Origin: Antedon mediterranea | Lineage: Eukaryota > Animalia > Echinodermata | Direction of reading: 5' to 3' | Length of the DNA: 64,000 nt | NCBI RefSeq assembly: GCF_964355755.1 | Contig: NC_092676.1 | Span: 191,788-255,787, forward strand | Shown: positions 11,101 through 23,633 of the stretch, piece by piece | How the letters are laid out: every line of letters begins with the position of its first letter | Numbering within the stretch: position 1 is the first letter of the stretch | Notes under the pieces: generated by a model | Seen by the model: only the letters and a program-made list of their open reading frames with translations | Told to the model about the DNA's origin: nothing | The model's database searches: none | Position numbers and translations under genes: made by a program

Positions 11101-14100
11101 TCAATGTGTTCAGTTGAACCTACATCATTACATAGTTTGTATTTTTATTTATTGTTCTATCGTCTTAAAGTGGGTCAAATAACACTATTTCTTTCTTTTT
11201 TGAATTCACCGATTTACAAGTTTTAAATATAAATAATCTTGATTACAAATTCACTTTTGGTATCAGGGTCACCTGATTTACTTTATCTTAGTTTATTTAT
11301 CAAACTCAAAAGACACACATACTAGAAAAAAAGTGCCAATAAAGGAAGAAGCTACAGAAACAGGTGAGTAGATGGTAGGGTTTTTTCTACATTTTTTTTA
11401 CTGATTAATAAAAAGTTTTTAAATATTTAGATACATATAGATACACAATATTTACATCATATTTCATTACTGTATTACTGGAATTTCAGTGAATTTCTTT
11501 TAAGTTCAATTAATACATAATAATTATTATATTGTTTGAACTGATGGTATAATGTACTAAGCACTCACCTTGAACTTGTTTCCAACACTATCGAAAGCAA
11601 GTTTTTGGATTGATTTAGTCTTGTTGTCAGCTTTTGGAAACAATTGTTTACTAAACGGATCTTGACTCTCATTTAGCAACATTTGAAGTGATGAATGCAA
11701 AGCGTCATTATTCTTTTCAATGAATTCAGCCTAAAATAAATATTTACATATTGGAACATCTTTTTGTACTTTTAATTACCTAATACATATCCATTTAACA
11801 GTTCTGAACTGTAAATGTCTTGCTTTATTTCAGTTTGTATATATGTTCTATAAAGGGGTATAAATCATGCAGGTCTTTCCACCATGGCATAACAGATAAA
11901 TAAATGATATGTTTGTGAATTAAAGGGGTATAAATCATGCAGGTCTTTCCACCATGGCATAACAGATAAATAAATGATATGTTTGTGAATTAAAGGGGTA
12001 TAAATCATGCAGGTCTTTCCACCATGGCATAACAGATAAATAAATGATATGTTTGTGAATTAAAGGGGTATAAATCATGCAGGTCTTTCCACCATGGCAT
12101 AACAGATAAATAAATGATATTTTTGTGAATTAAAAAAAAAGAGAAAACCTATGATAGAAATGATTTGTTATGAAAGGTAAAGTAAGTACATAGAGGGAAT
12201 ACTAACCGTTTGGTAGCAGACAGCACCAGCAAAGGTAAAGTAAGTACATAGAGGGAATACTAACCGTTTGGTAGCAGACAGCACCAGCAAAGGTAAAGTA
12301 AGTACATAGAGGGAATACTAACCGTTTGGTAGCACACAGCACCAGCAAAGGTAAAGTAAGTACATAGAGGGAATACTAACCGTTTGGTAGCACACAGCAC
12401 CAGCAAAGGTAAAGTAAGTACATAGAGGGAATACTAACCGTTTGGTAGCACACAGCACCAGCAAAGGTAAAGTAAGTACATAGAGGGAATACTAACCGTT
12501 TGGTAGCACACAGCACCAGCAAAGGTAAAGTAAGTACATAGAGGGAATACTAACCGTTTGGTAGCACACAGCACCAGCAAAGGTAAAGTAAGTACATAGA
12601 GGGAATACTAACCGTTTGGTAGCACACAGCACCAGCAAAGATAAAGTAAGTACATAGAGGGAATACTAACCGTTTGGTAGCAGACAGCACCAGCAAAGGT
12701 AAAGTAAGTACATAGAGGGAATACTAACCGTTTGGTAGCACACAGCACCAGCAAAGGTAAAGTAAGTACATAGAGGGAATACTAACCGTTTGGTAGCAGA
12801 CAGCACCAGCAAAGGTAAAGTAAGTACATAGAGGGAATACTAACCGTTTGGTAGCACACAGCACCAGCAAAGGTAAAGTAAGTACATAGAGGGAATACTA
12901 ACCGTTTGGTAGCAGACAGCACCAGCAAAGGTAAAGTAAGTACATAGAGGGAATACTAACCGTTTGGTAGGACACAGCACCAGCAAAGGTAAAGTAAGTA
13001 CATAGAGGGAATACTAACCGTTTGGTAGCACACAGCACCAGCAAAGGTAAAGTAAGTACATAGAGGGAATACTAACCGTTTGGTAGCAGACAGCACCAGC
13101 AAAGGTAAAGTAAGTACATAGAGGGAATACTAACCGTTTGGTAGCACACAGCACCAGCAAAGGTAAAGTAAGTACATAGAGGGAATACTAACCGTTTGGT
13201 AGCACACAGCACCAGCAAAGGTAAAGTAAGTACATAGAGGGAATACTAACCGTTTGGTAGCACACAGCACCAGCAAAGGTAAAGTAAGTACATAGAGGGA
13301 ATACTAACCGTTTAGTAGCACACAGCACCAGCAAAGGTAAAGTAAGTACATAGAGGGAATACTAACCGTTTGGTAGCAGACAGCACCAGCAAAGTGACGT
13401 ATAAGAAATCCCTCGTCATCACGTACATTACGGTGCGCAGTCAGTTTGGATTTCCTTGGAATCTAAAAGGAAATTCAATCATTATTGTAATCTGATTGTA
13501 AATGTTCATCTGGTTTGTAATTAACAATGTGTCAGTGTTTACCATCTATTTTTGTAATTTGTACCATAGGTAAAAATATATTTCTTTTATAGTAAAATAA
13601 AGTAAACTTACAGCTAATCTGAAATGTGAGCTGTGTTTCTGGTGGACTGTGTGCGTAAAGTTATTAGGACTAGCTCGCGGAAGTTTGCTTTCTTCATCCA
13701 GTAGTTCTAGAATACCCATTTTACTTTCAATCAAATCTACAAAATAACAGACACAAAAATAAAATAACAAATATTTCTTAATTAAACATTAAAATATATC
13801 TAATTAAAACTAAACATTATTCATGGATGTATGTGATTACCTATACAATCTTGGTTGTCGGTAAATGTGACAGCATTTACACCAAGACCTTCTTTCTCAT
13901 ACAATTCTTGCTCCTAAAAGTAAGAAAAATTGATAAAAATCATAATGTACTTAAAACAATCATTATTTGAATTTACTGTGAAACATATAGAAATGCTTTT
14001 ATGATATTCTTCAACAAAGAGTTCTAGCATGGACCTATAAATTAGTAGGTCCATAATTATAGGAAACAATAAAGAGAAGAGACAAGAAATAAACACACAC

Positions 14101-17100
14101 CTCTTTTAGGACTCTAAGATTAAAGAACTGTTGAAGTTTTTCATTACAATAGTTGATACAAAACTGTTCAAAACTGTTGAGGGCAAAGTATTCAAATCCT
14201 GCAATGTCCAATACACCAATGAAATGAGCCGAAGATTGGAACGGAAAGCTGTCATTGACACGTTTCACAATGTATGTAAACAGACGATCATAGATGTACT
14301 TTGCTAAGCCATTCCGTGCGTTTGAAGCCTGCTCAGCTTTTAATGGAACCCTATTAAACAAAATGTCTTATGGTAAAAAAAGCACTTTAAATAATACAAT
14401 TGTAATTAATGTTTACAATTATTATATATTTATATGTTATAAACCAAATCTTACTTGATGATGGTGCCTTTCCCGCCTCCTTTAGCAGCCTGCATTACTC
14501 TTGTCACTAAACATTCACAAAGTTCATCCTTCTCTAAACCAAACAGTTTGGCTGTCATGGCAACTGCATCTTGGGAATTTGGCGAAACACAGCATCCACC
14601 TATACAAATTGAGAAAGTGTTACTTTCATTAAGAATATACCAATGGAAATGAGTCCTATAACTTAATGTGTAAATAAATGTTTTAATTATAACAATTTTA
14701 GGCAAACCTATTAGTATGTCCTAGTTAAAAAAACAAGTTTTTCAATTTTATTAAACCAAGTCATTTTTATATCCTAGAACAAAAGATTACTGATTAATGA
14801 ATGTCTACTGTTATCTTTGAATTATTAATTTTTTGTAAATGTTTTGAAATGAAATAAAAAAAACATACCTTGTGTGCCATCAGAGGACTCAAATTGGATG
14901 TTTCCAAGATGAAGAACGCCGCAAGTAATGCGGAATATATCATTCTTCTCATTGTCACTAATCTTACATTTTTTCATTGCTTGTTCAACACGTTGAAAAC
15001 CAATCAAATCATCCATCACTATGTCATGCAAACTACCTTTTGATTTTTGCTGAAAGATTAAAATACAACTTCTGAATTATTTATTTTTATTTATTTATTC
15101 GCTGTATACTAAATGTTTATTCGTATTCTATTCTACATATTTGAGTACAGATTAACAATATAAGAATTAAATAAATATGAGCTTAAACAAAATATACTGT
15201 CTAATATTATTATTTATAGTAAGAAATATATATATACAATTTATAGTAAAAAAATTGTAAAAGAATTTTGATTTATTAAAACGTATTAAAAAGTCAAATA
15301 AAAACCGTAAAATTATCTTCTTGTTTCCTGTTTATCATGAAAATTGAAACCAACGTAGTGTATTTATTTATGAATTTATTTCCTGAAATGAATATATAAG
15401 CATGGAGGTATACCTCCATGGTATAGTGAGCAAAAACATTGAAATGTACATACCTGCTTGCTTTTGCTTGTTTCACTGATTTTGCTTTCTGTCTCTTTGG
15501 ACAGAAAATACTGGGTTGTTCCTTCTTTCATATACTGAAAATGAGAGAATAAGATTATTTATAATAGACACGCTGTATACAGTATGATGTTGTTATTATT
15601 ATTATTGATAAATTCTCCACCAAACACCAGACTTACCTGGTAATCATCTGGGGTCTTAATCTTGTAAGCATTTCTTAACTGAGTTGATGCTGCTGCACAA
15701 AGGTAGTAGAATATATGGTAGTTTCTTTCACCCGGACTCTGCCAACAAACTCTTGGTTTTTCCAACAAGTAATGAGAAACATGGCCACCTACAACTTGAT
15801 GCTACATAATTACAAAACAACTATGATGAAGCAATCATTAATAATGTTGTTCATAACTGTAAGATTTCTATCTGAATTTAATAAAAGTAATTAGCTAGAG
15901 GGGCAATACTACCATATTTCTAATTTGTAAGCTTCATTAAATTGTGTATACCTTGTTGCTAAAATGTATTTCAATGAACTTTCCAAATCGACTGCTGTTG
16001 TTGTTTCTAACTGTCTTGGCATTTCCAAAAGCTTCTAGTAGAGGATTGGCTGCAAGAATCTGCTGCTCAATCACACCAGCACTTTGACCATGAGATTCAG
16101 TTAGATACCTAAAGAAAAATAACAAATGTCACCAACTGAAACCATATCTTGGTTGTCTGCTCAATGACTTCTGGTAAATTCAAAACTATACCAGCTTACT
16201 GTACGTGGCATAGTTGTGTTTAGGAATTACTTGTTACTTGTTTGCATAGCTATCTCCATTATTGGGGACATTTCGCCGTCATTGACATTATGTTGACATA
16301 GCACAACAATGAGAGACGTTAATTTTGATGAGAAGGTCATGGAACACTAATTAATTTTAAAAACAACTAAAAACCTGGGACCTGTAACCCTTGGTAGGGA
16401 CCCTGACGGGTACTCTCCCTCCGGGTCAAAGGGATCCCGAAACTCATCGGTGGGCAGGGGCGTTCATCTCCCTGTTCAGGACTATTCCTGATGATTACCC
16501 AACTTATTTACATTTAAAATTAAAATTAAACATCAAGAATGACTAATGAAATATAGTGAAACAGCATACATTACACACTTGGTCAATGTTTATATATAAA
16601 GGGATTCTGTTTTTACCTTAGTATATACTTGGTAGATTCAGTCTTTCCAGCACCAGACTCACCACTAACAACTATTGACTGACTCTGACGCAAAACTAAC
16701 ATTTCACGAAATGCTTTGTCAGCTATGGGAAATAATAGTGTTATTTATCATTATCATCATTATACAGTAATTAATAAAAACATCACATTGACAACAAACA
16801 ACTGTTTTATAGTGCTATCCAATAATGTGTTCATTTGGTTGGTATATACACTAGTGTTTTACACTTACCAATAGCAAAGACATGTGGGGGTAGAACACCA
16901 AGTGATTTTCCCATATATTTCTTGATGACATCAGTAGAATAAAGTCCTTTCATCTCCTTATAAGGATTGACAGCAATCAAGATGTTTGCCACGTAAGTCT
17001 ACAAAGTATATTACATTTATGAGTATATTCAGGATATGTATATTTAAAAGTCAGTTAACTTTATACTTTATCTTTTATCTCTTATTTTACATAGTTTCGT

Positions 17101-20100
17101 TGAAACTAATTATCAAAAAGAATTCAAAATGAATTTATGTAAAAAGATTACTTACATAGATTTCATTTTTTGCATATCGTAGACGAAGATTGTTAAGTAG
17201 TGTAGCCTCATTGAGGTACATAAGGGCACCTACAAACAAATAATATGAATTGGTTTAAATGAAAGAAATAAAGGATGAAATAAATGAAATTCAATGCTGA
17301 ATAGGATATTTTAAAATGTGATTTGATTGTGAAAAGTAAATATTTAGTTAAAATTCCTCATTCTTGCTGTTACAAAAGGCAAATCAAATCATTCTTTTTA
17401 TATTCACATAAAGATATGATACAATCAGAACTAGTATATATTGCCATCTCATATCCTTCATGCTATTATCACTCTACCAAGAATTATATGAATATTACAA
17501 CTAAGATCCTGCTTAGTTACAGAATTGAATAGATTAATAGATTACAGAGTGTAAGGCAATACCATAAATAGTAGTACAATAGCTGTTATTATTCAAATGT
17601 ATTGTATTAAATATGTCATCCTATGTAAGAAAAGCCATTCAGGTATACCAACAATGTCACTTAAAATCCTGTCCAGTTATTAAAACATTTACCGCCACTA
17701 ATGAGAAAGGCATCATCAGTTTTAACGTAAAAAAATATTATACAGTATCTTTACATACTGTTTATAACAGAAATGTTGATTCAGTTGATGTATTTAATAT
17801 TTTTTTTTTAATTGAAATGTTTTAATCAAGCAAAAGATGTTTGTCACATTTTGAATAAAGCAATATTATAATGCTATTGACTGTTGCCATGACAACAAAT
17901 TTAAAAGGGAAATGGTTTTTTATCAGTATTATATGTAATGACCTTATTCATGACACTTCTCTTACGGTATATCAATAATGAGCTGGACAGTTAGTATACA
18001 TCATTATTCATTCACTCATTATAAATAAAAAGGCAGAAAAGACAACTCAGAATTAATTACAACACAGAATACCAAAGACATCAATAATCCATGATACTAA
18101 CTATTGTCACCTAAATCAAATAATGTTTCAAGTAAACAGGTCAAAATGTGGGGTATGTATTTTAGGCATGTACCATCAGACCTATCTATTATGTAATCAT
18201 CACCTTTCATATTCACATACTGTATATTGTAGTAGTGGAGTTATAGTGTGTAGTTAATAGATGTTCACTCATCTACAACAAAACAGCTATTCAAACGGCA
18301 AAACAGTATTAATTGGCATTATTGCAAACAAATGTGAAGTTACAAAATATTCCTTGAAAATGGTTCATTATTTACTCTCTTTTAAGTATACAGTACAAGA
18401 TAATAGGTAGGCATCAATTGACAACTCCCTAAACTAACATCCATTGATGAATTATAACAATTAGCATCGAACATGCTTGGTAATTTTTCATTTTTGACAA
18501 ACCCATGTTATATCCGCTTCAAAAAGCAAGTGACACACAAATTAGCATATGAAAAAAATCCAAAAAGAATTGACTTAAACCTCAATGGTTTAACAAACTG
18601 GGCTTACAGAGCTAAGTCACTAAACTCATTATCTTTGGCTTTATCTTGATAATGTACTGGAAATAAGTGGATGACGTAGTAAAAAGCACTGATAACATGT
18701 GTATGCATGCTGAGGATTTTCTGGTAAAAATTGATGTCAATACTCGTATTAGTTTTAAGAAAAACATCCTACAAGTATTAATTAGAAATTTATAAATAGT
18801 TATAAAAGTCAAAATCATTTGTAAAACATAAGAAAATTGAATGATGGTAAAATAATTATTGACTTAAAAATGTATCATGATTTATTACTGGTGTACAGAC
18901 AGTGACACATTCAAAATGACCTTGGTACACTCTTCAGATGGACCACCACCTGGAAGCTGAGTTTAAACTTACCAAAATGCAAAATTATGACGATTACTAA
19001 GAAAAGACAATATATCCAATATGATTACAGCATTAATAATCATGTTTTGGAAAGAATTGATCGTCATAAAGATCTTGGTATTATTATCGACTGTAACTTA
19101 AATTTTATTCCTCAAGTTGATGCTGCTGTTAGTCAAGCAAATAGAATGTTAGGCATGATACGTCGTAATTGCTGGTGTTTTAAAAATTCTAATACTTTAA
19201 TTAATTTATATGTTTCTCTTGTCCGTCCCCATCTTGAATACTGTAGTGTTGTGTCTAATTCGTTTTCGTCTGTTCATAGTACCCGTCTTCAAAGAGTCCA
19301 AGATCGTTTTGTTCGTTTTGTGTATTCTACTTGTCACTGTCCTCCTTTGTCTGTCTCTCTTCCTTCGCTTGTCTCTCGTCGTTCTATGTTCGATCTTCAG
19401 TTTTTGTATAAATGTATGAATTCCCGTTTTAATTGTAATTTTATCTCCTTGTTTTCCTTTCATGTTAAAGCTGTTGGTTGTCGTACTCGTAATTCCAAAT
19501 GTAATCTTCTTTATGTGCCGTTTTGTCGTGTTAATGTTACCAAGAATGGATTTATTTCACATATTTGTCTTCTTTTTAATAATTGTGTTGTTAAAGATAA
19601 TTCTATTGATCTCTTTTTTGACCGTTATAATTGTTTTTGTAATAAAATTAGTAAAATTGTATAAATTTGTATTGCTAGATTTTAAGATTTATATATATTT
19701 TTATATGGTATAGTTTATTCCATTCTGTAAGGGGCGGGTTTCCCGCTGTTGAATGAGTTTGAATAAAATAAAAAATAAAAAAATAAATAAAATAGGTCCC
19801 TTTGGACAATTGCTTTAACAGCCCACTTTCAGCATAATCCAATTGCTTTAACAGCCCCCTTTCGGCATAATCCAATTGCTTTAACAGCCCCCTTTCAGCA
19901 TAATCCAATTGCTTTAACAGTCCATTTTCAGCTAGTGTACAGTAAACAATCCAATGTCCAGCAGACTAACAATGACTGAGCAACAATCTACTTGTTAAAT
20001 GTTAGAGAGCATCAGCATTCTAAATGGAATTCAAGAGGATTTCCAAGGTAGTCAACACACTAATTAGGAATTAGGCATTAAGTGCATTATTAATTTATTT

Positions 20101-21472
20101 AGTTAACCATTTAATAGCTTTTCATATCTAGTTTTTATCATAATCACATTTAAATATGAGAATTAAAGTACAGTGAATCAAAATTGTGAGGAAAACTGAA
20201 AACAAATTAAAACACAAATGTGTATACTACGGATGCAGGGAGCTGGTATCAATTATTTGTATACCTCCCTGCTCCATGGTGTATATTGAGTCATGATTAT
20301 AGAATACCATGTGGTAAATTGATCTACAGCAGTCTCTAGTGCATAATGTACTTTGTACTCAATCATATCTTATCTCAAACAGACAAAAACAAATTTAAAA
20401 TAGTGAGATTAAAATTACAACAAATCTTTCCATTATATTATATAAAAACGAGTGAAAACTTAATGGTAATAAGAGATTGTGCTTTAATTCCAACCAATGA
20501 ATCTTGTGTCTTTTTTCAGTGTTTATTTAGTTAAAAGATAAAGATTTACAAATTTACATAAAATAAAAGAAACATTTTAGGGTCACATAGTACTATAAAA
20601 ACGGTCTTTAATTAGGACAGCAATTGTAACTGTGTTCTTGCCGCCAGTTTAGCTTGTGCGCTATAAAAGAAATCAATAAAAGGTGCTATCATAATCACAG
20701 TATACCACCTGGATATTGATTACTATACAAAATCAAAGGCAATATCACATATTTTCTCTACAGTTTACAAATTAAACATTACAGTATTGTTTTTATCACA
20801 AATAATAATAATTTAAGTGTTTAGTTCCCAATTATTATTTGTGTTCTGTTTTACATTTGCTCATCAGTAGAATCAGACATTGTTTATTGAATATGACTGT
20901 GCTTGCACTATTTGATCTTATTCAGCTGTGGATATGAACATAGTATTAACACTATTGTACCATATACTAGTTAAAAATGGGGAGTGGATTATTAATTATC
21001 ATGATTACTAATGGTTACTTACAAAAAGTAAAAACATGACCATATAAACAAAAAGAAAACTAGATAAACCAAATGAAAAAAAAAATCAAAAGGAAAACAT
21101 TTAGCACAATAACAAACTATATCCTGGCAAAAAAATATGGAAATAAATCGTGGAAAGCGTAATGTCGGAATGACGTAAAAAAGGTTTAAGAAGGAGACTT
21201 ACAGTTATCCTGGACAGTTTTGGAATCATCCTCTTCTGCTGGGAATACTCGATCATAGGGTGCAGAAACATGCTGAAAAAAAGCCATAATTAAGTTAACA
21301 AGAAATATGACACTGCCTGTTAAGTATTTTTAAGGGTAAGGAATATTCTTACCTTTTTTGGTGTTTTAAACGGTTCAACAGTAATCGTGTCAGTTCCAAT
21401 ATCAACTATTTTTCCAAGTTGAAATCCATCATCTAGATGAGGAACCCAAACTTTGCGATTTTCATCAAACAT
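5150..21472 (-). CDS. MYO6: Unconventional myosin VI, 27 coding exons, about 1260 aa
   Basis: Exons: 21472-21353, 21272-21203, 17229-17156, 16998-16869, 16722-16617, 16108-15952, 15801-15637, 15534-15454, 15049-14869, 14599-14455, 14350-14101, 13913-13841, 13736-13612, 13462-13367, 11730-11569, 11119-10987, 10722-10592, 10478-10271, 10179-10027, 9924-9842, 9667-9423, 9304-9167, 8987-8892, 8744-8626, 6471-6334, 6019-5810, 5343-5150. Sum is 3783 nt with consistent phases. Motifs: P-loop GESGAGKT, switch [11 protein letters not shown], switch II DIAGFE, insert-2 ([23 protein letters not shown]), IQ motif, E/K-rich [22 protein letters not shown] motif and cargo-binding domain. Non-coding exon 1 probably ends at 22151. 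Confidence 0.96.
5425..5549. repeat. Short interstitial telomeric tract (taaccc)x3-4 plus a duplicated copy of the MYO6 terminal-exon acceptor
   Basis: 5445-5549 is a near-identical copy of 5321-5425; the two are joined by taaccctaaccctaaccctaac. Confidence 0.85.
6604..6680. repeat. 12-bp minisatellite (aaagcacattat), about 6 copies
   Basis: Direct reading. Confidence 0.9.
6709..8488. repeat. 37-bp satellite array (aatagattgataactaacatagaagaattcaattact), about 48 copies, in a MYO6 intron
   Basis: Highly homogeneous head-to-tail units with no unique spacers. Confidence 0.95.
11851..12130. repeat. 70-bp tandem repeat x4
   Basis: taaaggggtataaatcatgcaggtctttccaccatggcataacagataaataaatgatatgtttgtgaat repeated. 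Confidence 0.9.
12173..13390. repeat. 58-bp tandem array x21 made of a MYO6 exon 3' end plus its splice donor
   Basis: 1218 nt = 21 x 58. The last unit overlaps exon 13462-13367 (codons for AGAVCYQT followed by the GTTAGT donor). Confidence 0.95.
18905..19795 (+). mobile_element. 5'-truncated non-LTR retrotransposon (CR1/L2-group LINE): RT C-terminus, 3' UTR and A-rich tail
   Basis: IQNDL..W...[40 protein letters not shown] and LQRVQDRF motifs in and just upstream of ORF 18987-19664; (aaata)n-like tail at about 19762-19793. Antisense within a MYO6 intron. Confidence 0.85.
19806..19932. repeat. 33-bp tandem repeat, about 4 copies
   Basis: caattgctttaacagcccc(c/a)tttcagcataatc-type units. Confidence 0.85.
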
Positions 21473-22199
21473 TGTTATGGGTACTGATGCGACCGACCCC
21501 TATAAATTGTAAAAAAAATAACATTTTAACAATCTCACTAATTTCAAACTCAACAAGATTTTGCCTGCCAGTTAATACTTATAATTAATGGTACAATGGG
21601 TACATGGTTAGTTAGCTGGTTGTGGTGTCAGATAAATTAGTAACGATATAAACTTTCAGCAGTATTTTGTATGGAACACAGCTATTATACACTTTTGATC
21701 ATTTTGATTGTGTCGCTACCAAAATTAGAATGAGATCGACTTAAACGCTACCGATAACATCAGACAATAACAGTCATATTTAATTATTTTTTTAGTTGAG
21801 ATAGTAGTTATTTAGGGTATTGGTAAGCTTTATTGCGATTCTTAAGGTGGTGAAGATCAATCACAAACGTGGTTGACGCATGTTCTGTAACTGCAATAAG
21901 TGTTGATAAAAAAAAACAGTTACTTCCGGCCGACAGATACCTTTTCTACCTGCTGTAACTGCCTGCCTTTCGCACCGGTAGAAAATGTACATACTAATTA
22001 CTACTTTAGGGCTATAACTATGTAAAAAAGGTTTGTTTGAGAACTGTCAGTAGCTCAAAACTATAACTGTAATCATTTCTAGCATACAATTAATAATAGT
22101 TATTATACAATATTAGTTATTCAACGAAAAACACCTTAGACTAGCCCTACCTGTAATCAGTTTACACGGGAGTTTACACCACCTCCAGGACTTAACTTC

Positions 22200-23600
22200 A
22201 CACACACACAGAGCTGAGAGTGGGCTGCTGTCTGACGACGATGCATTCTACTCTAGAGGGCTCACATCTCTTTTGTAACGGTACGGTTGTTTTGGTTTCC
22301 ATCAGATCTGCTAAACATGTTATCAAGTTTTGAAAATGATTATGTTTTTATGAAAAGTTGGCGTTCTTTACATTTCATTTTTTTAAATTACAATTACTAC
22401 TAAATGTATTAATTATTATGTGTGTAAACCATTAGTAGCCTAAAAAGCTACATAGCATCTTTTTTTCCAAGAACATTTTGCGCTATTAAATTTTGATAAA
22501 TTTTTTATGAATTGAGGTTTTACCTTTTGTTTTGACCGTACAATCTTAAAATAAAATGCCAAAATCCACTGATACGCAGCATTGTCATTTTTTCAGTAAT
22601 TTGCCTTTGGATTTAAAATAAAATATGTAATGACAAAAAAGATCGACGCTTCGGAACCATCATGGAACCATTCTTAAGAACAAATGAGTACCATTAGCAC
22701 CAAGGGTGACAATAAATACTAAACTATAAATAATGATTTATGTTCGTAATATGCACATGTCTCCTTACCCACGAGTAGCCTACACGGGCGCAGATCATGG
22801 GATTTCCGACCCCCAATTTGTAGATTGTTATTTTTCCCCATATTTCATTCATTTTCATATTTAGGTTTTATTTTTACATCAAGTAGTTCTAAGTATAAGC
22901 CCATATTTCGGATGATAATTGAGAAAAATAGCTGGTAGGCCTATTATTTTTCTCTTGTATTTCCCAATTTCCCGAAAAATCGAAATGGCATTTAGAGACT
23001 CAGCTATTTCACTTTATATCGTATTTATTCGGTTTTTATTATGAATTTTCGGCTTGTCTGTAGGCCTACAATGTTCCAGACGTTTTTCTCGAACAATAAA
23101 TAAAATGAAATTTTACCTAGATAATTCAAATATTTACAAATATATATATCTTAAAAAAATGTGCTAATTAAGATCCTACAATGGTAATCATTATCACTGA
23201 TTAGTGTAGTAGGCTACAAGATCATCTGCACACTGGGTGATTATATTTATCTTACTTTCGATTGTCAATGTAATATCACATCTAGTTTACATTGTTTTTT
23301 TATAACATTTATAATTTTTCTCTTTGCACGTAATACGTGCAAAAGGGAAAAATAATCAATGTTAAAAATGTTGACCGACTTTCTCTCCTCCCTCCTCTCA
23401 CCTGGAATCTCTAGTCTTATTTTTGGAACGGAAAAAAAGAACTTCACATGTTAGACGTTTTTACCAGACTGTTTATTTCAGCTCGTTGTTTGTAGTTTTT
23501 ACATACAAAACAACTAGCCTAGGCCTAGGCTAGTCTTTTATGAATCGTTGATGTTTATGTTATACTGAACAATTGAATCATGTTTGTTTTTTGAAATAAG
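22200..23600. promoter_or_regulatory. Divergent (head-to-head) promoter region of MYO6 and SOBP
   Basis: MYO6 non-coding exon donor at 22150 on the minus strand and SOBP ATG at 23634 on the plus strand. TSS positions cannot be determined from sequence. Confidence 0.5.
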
Positions 23601-23633
23601 CATCATTAGTGGAATAAAGCTAACTCATAGGAC

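Noticed and set aside
19206-19908. Several short overlapping ORFs, including the [11 protein letters not shown] repeat
   Set aside because: Alternative frames of the LINE fragment and of a 33-bp tandem repeat.
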